Assembly: GCA_040880995.1 (NCBI GenBank)
Contig: JBBEEB010000104.1
Span: 128 to 64,127 of the forward strand
From: Halofilum sp. (in: g-proteobacteria)
Lineage (GTDB): Bacteria; Pseudomonadota; Gammaproteobacteria; XJ16; Halofilaceae
Reading direction: 5' to 3'
DNA: 64,000 bases
The position numbers were made by a program, and so were the translations under genes. Of this stretch, positions 57,498-64,000 are shown one piece after another; within the stretch, counting starts at the first letter, position 1; each line of letters opens with the position of its first letter. The notes beneath the pieces were generated by a model that saw only the letters and a program-made list of their open reading frames with translations, did not search any database and had not been told where the DNA came from.

Positions 57498-58268
57498 ATG
57501 CTCGGCGCAATTGCCGGCGACATCATCGGCTCGATCTACGAGGCGCGCCCGATCAAGACCAAGGAGTTTTCGCTGTTCGAGCGGCGCAGCCGCTTCACCG
57601 ACGATTCGGTGCTGAGCATCGCGGTCGCTCGAGCGATCCTGCATGGCGAGGATTATCGCTCGGCTGTGTGGTCGCTCGGCCGGCGCTATCCGGATGCCGG
57701 CTATGGGGGATCGTTCATCGGCTGGCTCGGCGACGACAACCCCGAACCCTACGGTAGCTTCGGCAACGGCTCCGCCATGCGGGTGGCCCCCGTGGGCTTC
57801 GCCTTCGACGACCCCGCCACCGTGCTGCACGAGGCAGAGCGCCAGGCCGCCATCTCCCACGATCACCCGGAGGGCATCAAGGGCGCGCAAGCGGTCGCGC
57901 TGGCGGTGTTGCTCGCGCGCACGACCGGCGATCGCGAGGGCATACGCACGCAGATCGAACACCGCTTCGACTACGACCTGCAGCGCACGGTCGATGACAT
58001 CCGACCCGGCTACGCCTTTGACGTGACCTGCCAGGGCAGCGTTCCGGAGGCGATCGTCGCGTTCCTCGATTCGACCTCGTACGAGGACGCGGTTCGCAAT
58101 GCGGTATCGCTCGGCGGAGACAGCGATACGCAGGCCTGCATGGCCGGCGGAATCGCGGAGGCCTTCTACGGCCTGCCCGCCGACATCGCCGCGCAGGCCC
58201 GCGCGCGCCTGACCGAAGAGCTACGCGCGATCGTCGACGAGTTCACGGCACGATTTTGCGCGGAGTAA
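57498..58268 (+). CDS. ADP-ribosylglycohydrolase family protein
   Basis: GAIAGDIIGS.YE, TDD, SFGNGSAMR and GGDSDT; GAGGAGG RBS. Confidence 0.92.
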   Translation: MLGAIAGDIIGSIYEARPIKTKEFSLFERRSRFTDDSVLSIAVARAILHGEDYRSAVWSLGRRYPDAGYGGSFIGWLGDDNPEPYGSFGNGSAMRVAPVGFAFDDPATVLHEAERQAAISHDHPEGIKGAQAVALAVLLARTTGDREGIRTQIEHRFDYDLQRTVDDIRPGYAFDVTCQGSVPEAIVAFLDSTSYEDAVRNAVSLGGDSDTQACMAGGIAEAFYGLPADIAAQARARLTEELRAIVDEFTARFCAE

Positions 58269-58329
58269 CCCACCCGGAACCACTGCGGCCCCGGGCACGC
58301 AGGCCGGGGTAGCGCCCATTCGCGGCGCT

Positions 58330-59367
58330 TCAGGCGCAGCGGTCGGCGTTGGCGGCGCGACCCATGACCGATATGGGCGCGGGTTCGTCCACCGGCACGG
58401 GTGCATCGGCGGCCGCGAAGCGTTCACGGGCGAATTCGGCCCGATCGGCGGCCGCCTCGGGCAGCGCATCGGCCGCGTCGATCGCCTGCAGGCGCGGCGC
58501 CAGACCGGCGCCGGTAGCCAGTTGGACACTGAGTCCCGGGCGCGCGTTGAGCTCGAGCACCAGCGGACCGCGGTCGCGATCGAGCACCACGTCGACGCCG
58601 AGATAACCCAGGCCGCACAGGTCGTAGCAGCGCGCGGACAGTTCCAGCAGCCGTTCCCAACCGGGTATGGCGCGACCGAGCAAGGGCGCCAGCGAGTCCG
58701 GGTGCTCATCCACCGGACGGTCGTGATGCACGGCTGAAATACTACGCCCACTGGCGAGATCGATGCCCAGCCCCACGGCGCCGTGGTGCAGGTTGGCCTT
58801 GCCGTCGGAAGCGTGGGTGGGCAACCGCATCATCGCCATGATCGGCACGCCGCGATAGACCACGGTGCGGATATCGGGCACACCGCCGCCACTGACGTCG
58901 TCGAAGCGGTCGTCGAAGCACACCCGCTCCTCGATCATCGCGGCATCCGGCAATCCGCCCAGACTGTGCATCCCGCTCAGGATATTGGCCGCGTGATGCT
59001 CGAGTTCGTCGCGGCTCGCCAGCCTGCCGTTGGTCATCCGATAGTACGGCCCGACGCGGTCGCGGATCACCAGGATGCCGTTGCCACTGCTGCCGTGCGC
59101 CGGCTTGAGCGCAAAGCCTGCCTCGATCGGACCGACGACCTCATGCAACGCGCGCAGCTCGTGATGCGAGTCGATCCCGCCAAGCAGGCGCGGGACGGCG
59201 ATTCCCGCGGCCTCTGCCAGGTGTTTCGTGCGACGCTTGTCATCCACCAGCGGAAACCGGCTGCGCGGGTTGGTTGCCATGATGTAGCTGGCGTTGCGCG
59301 CGTTCATGCCGAGCACGCCGGCGCGACGCAGCCGGGCGAAAGGATTGGGCAACAAGCGCCGGATCAA
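58330..59367 (-). CDS. Alpha-L-glutamate ligase-like ATP-grasp protein (RimK-related)
   Basis: LGMNARN, VDDK..TK, KP..GS.GNGI, GVPDIR, ANLH.GA, GVD and LELNARPGL. The TTG start overlapping the upstream stop is inferred. Confidence 0.88.
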   Translation of the reverse strand: MIRRLLPNPFARLRRAGVLGMNARNASYIMATNPRSRFPLVDDKRRTKHLAEAAGIAVPRLLGGIDSHHELRALHEVVGPIEAGFALKPAHGSSGNGILVIRDRVGPYYRMTNGRLASRDELEHHAANILSGMHSLGGLPDAAMIEERVCFDDRFDDVSGGGVPDIRTVVYRGVPIMAMMRLPTHASDGKANLHHGAVGLGIDLASGRSISAVHHDRPVDEHPDSLAPLLGRAIPGWERLLELSARCYDLCGLGYLGVDVVLDRDRGPLVLELNARPGLSVQLATGAGLAPRLQAIDAADALPEAAADRAEFARERFAAADAPVPVDEPAPISVMGRAANADRCA

Positions 59368-60902
59368 CGCGACGGATCCTGGCGCAGCACACTGCGGAAA
59401 CGCCACAGCTCGAACAGGCGATAGCCCGTGTAGCGGCCGAACAGCAAGGCCAGGGCGAACACGACCAGCAGCATCTCCGGGTAGATGAACATGACATGCT
59501 GGAGCCACGGACGCGTCATCACGCCATAGGCCATCACGGCGACAATCAGGCTGCCGACGCCCTGTTTGAGCGCATCGGCGGGGCCGGACTCCTCCCACAC
59601 CACCGACATCCGCTCGACCGTCATCGCCAGGACGATGATCGGGAACAGCCCGACGGACAGCGCCCGATCCACGCCCAGGTGGTGGCTGGCCACGCTGATC
59701 ACGGCCATCAGCGCGACGATGACGGTCAGCACGGCAGCCAGGCGCGGTACCAGCAGCAAGCGCAGACGCTCAAGGTAGAAGCGGATGACCAGCGCCAGGG
59801 CCACGGTCGCGCAGAACAGCGCCATGCCGAGCCATAGCTGCGTCTCGCGGAAGGCAAAGGCGATCAACACCGGCATGAAGGTGCCGAAGGTCTGCACGCC
59901 GACGACGTTGCGCATGAGCACCACGATCAGCGCGCCCACGGGCAGCACGAGCAACAGGCGGAATAGCTGCTGACTTTGAACCGGCAATGAGATCAGCGAC
60001 AGGTCGACCACGCGCGAGCCCGCCTCGGCCGCGCGCTGGCTCGCCACGGTGAGCACGTCGCGCTGGGTCCGTGTGGCGGCGATCTGCCAGCCCTCCAGTT
60101 CGCCCCCATACACGCGCACGCCGGCGCCGTCGTCCACCGCCCAGAGCAGGCGATCATGGGGCAGGCCCATGTCGCCAGTGACCGGATCGATCACGCGCCA
60201 GCGGGCGCCGGTGTAGACCTGCAGCCACGGCTCGAGGCGACCATTGCGCAGGCCCTCCGCCAGCTCCAGGGTCCAGACCGTGCGTGCCGGAATGCGCGCG
60301 TCGGCGAGGACATAGGCGAGCTGCTCGACATGCTCGTGCGCCGAGTCGGTGCGTCCCTCCAGCAGCTGGATGCGGTCGTCGGTCTCGTTGCGCGCGTAAT
60401 GCAGCACGAGTTGGCGCGCGAAGGAGCCCACGTCGGCCGACTTCTGGCGCACCTCCTCGAGCAGGCTGGTGATGGCGGCACCGAGCGACTCGTCATACTC
60501 CGGCGGATCTGGATAGGTCGGCGCCGGGCTTTGGGGTGGGTCGCCGCGTTCACCGGACTCGGCCAGCTGCATGCGGTAGTACAAGACCGGGGCACTGCCG
60601 GGGGCGCGCGCGGTCCAGACCACGCGGCGGGTCTCGCCGCTGTCATCCGGCACCGCACCGAAGGTCGCCGAGATGAAATCCTCTTCGATGATCTTGTAAC
60701 CGTGCAGTTGGTCCGGCACGGGGATCTCGACGCGCATCGGACCGCCATCGGCCTGCAGCCGCGCGCGCGCCTCGACCGTCCATACGGCCGTTTCGGGGTC
60801 GGGCGTCAGGGGGAAGCCAAAGCTCACGTGCTTCCAGGCGGCAACGCCCAAGCCAATGGCAGCGAGCATCGCCGCAAGGATGACAGTATGTAGTGTCCGC
60901 AT
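59364..60902 (-). CDS. Inactive transglutaminase fused to 7-TM domain
   Basis: W.VEAR, VG..TFGTFMPVLIA.AF, LL.VPRL and FPIIVLAMTVER. Confidence 0.88.
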   Translation of the reverse strand: MRTLHTVILAAMLAAIGLGVAAWKHVSFGFPLTPDPETAVWTVEARARLQADGGPMRVEIPVPDQLHGYKIIEEDFISATFGAVPDDSGETRRVVWTARAPGSAPVLYYRMQLAESGERGDPPQSPAPTYPDPPEYDESLGAAITSLLEEVRQKSADVGSFARQLVLHYARNETDDRIQLLEGRTDSAHEHVEQLAYVLADARIPARTVWTLELAEGLRNGRLEPWLQVYTGARWRVIDPVTGDMGLPHDRLLWAVDDGAGVRVYGGELEGWQIAATRTQRDVLTVASQRAAEAGSRVVDLSLISLPVQSQQLFRLLLVLPVGALIVVLMRNVVGVQTFGTFMPVLIAFAFRETQLWLGMALFCATVALALVIRFYLERLRLLLVPRLAAVLTVIVALMAVISVASHHLGVDRALSVGLFPIIVLAMTVERMSVVWEESGPADALKQGVGSLIVAVMAYGVMTRPWLQHVMFIYPEMLLVVFALALLFGRYTGYRLFELWRFRSVLRQDPSR

Positions 60903-60985
60903 ACGGGCCTAGGTTGCGTGATTATCGGGCCCGGTCCGCGCCGCGCGCGCCACTCAGCGGCCGGCGCGGAGTCCGTTATGGGGCG

Positions 60986-61552
60986 TCATGAGTCCGGGCG
61001 CAGATCCGCCGGCCGCGTCCAGTCGCATTCCGCGGCCGCCAGGAACGAGTCGGACGAGTCCACAAGGATCACATCGTCGAGAAAGCGGCGTCCAAGCAGG
61101 GCCGGGTAGTTCCATTCGTGACGGTCCGTCAGGGTGAACTGAGTCTCATACCGACGCCCCGAGATGCAAAACGGCAACTCCACTACGAAGCGTGACTGCG
61201 TGCCACCCTTGCTCTTGATTCGGACTTTGCGCTCGACCGGGCGCTTGAAGGTGAGTTCCGGCACGGCGTCCTCGGCCAGTTCCTCCTTGTGGTCGGTCAG
61301 GGGCACCCGAAACCGGACCCACTCGTCTCCGTCACGCTCAAACGGCTCAACATCAATCGCGTGCAGGGAGGACGTATTGGCTCCGGTATCAAGCCGGGCC
61401 TTGAGGCGTAGCCCGCTCGGCTCGAGCACAAGCCATTCCACCCATCCCAGGATCTCGCGAGCTTGGCCGGTCACCGGCAGCGAGGTCGCGATCACCGCGC
61501 AGGCAAGCGCCAGCACGCACGGCAAACGGCGGACGGACGAAAAACGGCGCAT
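60986..61552 (-). CDS. Exported retropepsin-like ('ATP-dependent zinc protease') protein
   Basis: Signal peptide, GWVE, KARLDTGANTSS, FTLTDR and YP.LLGRRF. Confidence 0.9.
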   Translation of the reverse strand: MRRFSSVRRLPCVLALACAVIATSLPVTGQAREILGWVEWLVLEPSGLRLKARLDTGANTSSLHAIDVEPFERDGDEWVRFRVPLTDHKEELAEDAVPELTFKRPVERKVRIKSKGGTQSRFVVELPFCISGRRYETQFTLTDRHEWNYPALLGRRFLDDVILVDSSDSFLAAAECDWTRPADLRPDS

Positions 61553-61677
61553 GGACGGCTCCGGACACACCAAGGCGGGCAGTCTACACGGGCGCGGGCG
61601 TAGAGACAGACGACTCGCTCACGGCTCTGTGAACGAGGTCCGGCCCAGACGGGCGGTGCCCGCCCGGGCCGGAGGCC

Positions 61678-62682
61678 TCAGGACTCGCCGGTGCGAACCA
61701 CCGTGCGGCCGCGGATCTTGCCGGCGAGCGTGCGCTCGAACACGTCGCCGAGTTCGTCCAGGCCGACGGTGGCGCTGACGATCGAGTCGATGTTGTGCGG
61801 CTTCCAGTCGCTGCCCAGGCGGTTCCACACTTCGCGGCGGCGATCCTGCGGGCAGTTGGCCGAGGTCACGCCGAGCAGGCTGACGCCGCGGAGGATGAAC
61901 GGCATTACCGTGGTCTCGAGCTTGGGGCCGCCGGCGAGGCCGATGCTGGCGATACTGCCCCAGGGTACGGTGGTGCGCAGCAGCTCGGCGAGCATGCCAT
62001 CGCCGACGTTGTCGATGGCGCCGCCCCAGACGGCCTTCTCCATCGGCCGGCCCTTGGTCTCCAGCTCCTCGCGGGAGATCACGCGCGCGGCGCCGAGCGA
62101 CTTGAGGTAATCGGCCTGATCGGCCTTGCCGGTGACGGCGACGGCTTCGTAGCCGGCGCGCGCCAGCAGATCGATGGCGAAGCTGCCAACGCCGCCGGTG
62201 GCACCGGTCACGGCAACCGGACCGAGATCGGGACGCAGGCCGTTTTGCTCCATGCGCACCAGCGCCAGCGCAGCGGAGAATCCGGCTGTCCCAATGGCCA
62301 TGGCCTCATACGGCGTCAGGCCGCTGGGCATCGGGATGACCAGCTCGCCCGGCACGCGCACGTACTCGGCGTAGCCGCCATCGCGGTCCTCGGAGAGACC
62401 CGAGCCGTTGACCAGGACGATGTCGCCGGCCTTGATGCCGTCGACCTCGGAGTGGGCCACGGTGCCGGCGACGTCGACGCCGCCGATCAGCGGCAACTTG
62501 CGGGCGATCTGGCCCTTGCCGGTGCCCGCCAGCGCGTCCTTGTAGTTGACCGAGGAATACTGCGACTTGATCACCACCTCGCCGGGATTGAGGTCATCCA
62601 GCGTGATCGTGGTCACCTCGCCGCCATCGCCGCCCTCGCGCAGGCGGAAGGCACGAAACGGTTGTTGGGGCAGATCGCTCAT
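61678..62682 (-). CDS. YhdH/YhfP-family quinone oxidoreductase (acryloyl-CoA reductase-like)
   Basis: YSSVNYKDALA, IGTAGF.AAL, VTGATGGVGS and TVMPFILRGVSLLG. Confidence 0.92.
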   Translation of the reverse strand: MSDLPQQPFRAFRLREGGDGGEVTTITLDDLNPGEVVIKSQYSSVNYKDALAGTGKGQIARKLPLIGGVDVAGTVAHSEVDGIKAGDIVLVNGSGLSEDRDGGYAEYVRVPGELVIPMPSGLTPYEAMAIGTAGFSAALALVRMEQNGLRPDLGPVAVTGATGGVGSFAIDLLARAGYEAVAVTGKADQADYLKSLGAARVISREELETKGRPMEKAVWGGAIDNVGDGMLAELLRTTVPWGSIASIGLAGGPKLETTVMPFILRGVSLLGVTSANCPQDRRREVWNRLGSDWKPHNIDSIVSATVGLDELGDVFERTLAGKIRGRTVVRTGES

Positions 62683-62880
62683 GCGCTTTCTCCGACTGAT
62701 CCATTGCCTCGCGCGGGCGCCGCGAACGCCGATGCGGTTCGGCCCTCGTCGCGCCCCAGAGGCGCCGGATGCTAACACACCACCGGGTGTTCCCGGATGC
62801 GGCGAGGCCGCTGAAGCGCCCGCCGCACCGGGGTACAATCGGCGCCCTATCAACGCGGGCGTCAGTGAGGAGATCGACGG

Positions 62881-63807
62881 ATGAACAAGATTGCGGTAGT
62901 GGGTGGCGCCGGGCGCGTGGGCGAATCGACGGCGCTATACCTGATGCAACAGCACCTGTGCCGCGAGGTCGTGGTGATCGACATCAACGAGGGCCCGGCC
63001 AAGGGCGCGGCGCTCGACATCGCGGAGACCGCGCCGGTATTCGGCTCCGATGTGCGCGTGACCGGCAGCGCCGACTACGCCGACCTGGCCGGCTGCGACC
63101 TGATCGTCGTGACCGCGGGCCTGCCGCGCAAGCCGGGCATGAGCCGCTCCGACCTGCTGGACAAGAACGTCGCCATCATGGACCAGATCGCCGACGCCGC
63201 GGTGCAGTACGCGCCCGACGCGATGATGCTGGTCGTGGCGAACCCGGTCGACGTCATGACCTACCGCGCCTGGCAGCGCACCGGCTGGCCCCGCAGCCGC
63301 GTCTTCGGTCAGGCCGGCGTGCTCGACTCGGCGCGCATGGCCACCTTCATTGCCGAAGCCACCGGCCGTTCGCTGGCCGACATCGACGCGATGGTGCTCG
63401 GCGGCCACGGCGACCAGATGGTGCCGATGATGCGCTACACCACGGTCAACGGTGTCTCGGTGAGTAACTTCCTGCCCCAGTCCCAGATCGACGCGATCGT
63501 CGACCGCACGCGCAAGGGCGGCGCCGAGGTGCTGCAGCTGCGCGAGAATTCCAGCGCCTATCTGGCCCCGGGCGCGGCCACCGTCGAGATGGTCGATTCG
63601 CTGGTCCACGACCGCGGCCGGCTGCTGCCCTGCGTGGCCATCCTCAACGGCGAGTACGGCCACAAGGACTGCGCCATGGGCGTACCTTCGATCCTGACGC
63701 GTGAGGGCCTGAGCCACGTAGTCGAGCTCGATCTCACCGACGAGGAGCGCCAGCAGTTCGAGAGTTCCTTGGCCGCCGTGGAAGAGGATCTGGCGCGGAT
63801 CAAGTAG
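62881..63807 (+). CDS. mdh: Malate dehydrogenase (LDH-like type)
   Basis: GGAGRVG, TAGLPRKPGMSRSDL (MDH-specific Arg), NPVD, LDSAR and VLGGHGD. Confidence 0.93.
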   Translation: MNKIAVVGGAGRVGESTALYLMQQHLCREVVVIDINEGPAKGAALDIAETAPVFGSDVRVTGSADYADLAGCDLIVVTAGLPRKPGMSRSDLLDKNVAIMDQIADAAVQYAPDAMMLVVANPVDVMTYRAWQRTGWPRSRVFGQAGVLDSARMATFIAEATGRSLADIDAMVLGGHGDQMVPMMRYTTVNGVSVSNFLPQSQIDAIVDRTRKGGAEVLQLRENSSAYLAPGAATVEMVDSLVHDRGRLLPCVAILNGEYGHKDCAMGVPSILTREGLSHVVELDLTDEERQQFESSLAAVEEDLARIK

Positions 63808-63827
63808 CGCGCCACACCGCCGGGTTC

Positions 63828-63894
63828 TTCGCGGGCAAGCCCGCTCCTACACGCGATTTCTGCGAAGCCATGTAGGAGCGGCCTTGGCCGCGAA
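63828..63894. repeat. Inverted pair of GTAGGAGCG-family REPs
   Basis: TTCGCGGGCAAGCCCGCTCCTAC (63828-63850) and GTAGGAGCGGCCTTGGCCGCGAA (63872-63894), downstream of mdh. Confidence 0.8.
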
Positions 63895-64000
63895 CGAACC
63901 GGGCAACCACGCAAGACCGCCCACGCATGCGGTTTTTCCATTGATTGCACGTATTCGCCCATGAGCCACACCAACCACGCCACCCGCGCAAGGCTGCAAC

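Overview
This is a high-GC bacterial chromosome segment, probably from a gammaproteobacterium (inferred from the asmA-mutY-tRNA-Phe gene order and acidic proteins). The right end (~46.2-64 kb) is mostly housekeeping: tRNA-Phe, mutY, asmA, SDR, CinA-like, flap endonuclease, M48 protease, thermonuclease, rpmE, hemW, ADP-ribosylglycohydrolase, a protease/7TM inactive transglutaminase/ATP-grasp operon, YhdH and mdh. Beyond the tRNA 3' end, the left ~46 kb looks accessory. It holds: (1) a lower-GC 1285-aa nuclease-STAND-repeat gene, a candidate Avs-like antiphage sensor; (2) a MerR-regulated copper ATPase locus with tandem long-spacer promoters; (3) a Fic protein whose catalytic His is Gln; (4) an unannotated 37-codon transcription unit; (5) five paralogous HisKA_3 kinases, four of them hybrids with NarL-type receivers, plus a MASE1-GGDEF cyclase and no DNA-binding response regulator; (6) an arsenic operon with an extra CC-motif gene; (7) a HelD-like helicase. 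A 161-bp MITE with a 4-bp target duplication sits in the loop of a GTAG-family REP, and a truncated copy occupies the same kind of site 19 kb away. I found no CRISPR array, rRNA, integrase or transposase. All family calls come from motif recognition by eye, without database searches.
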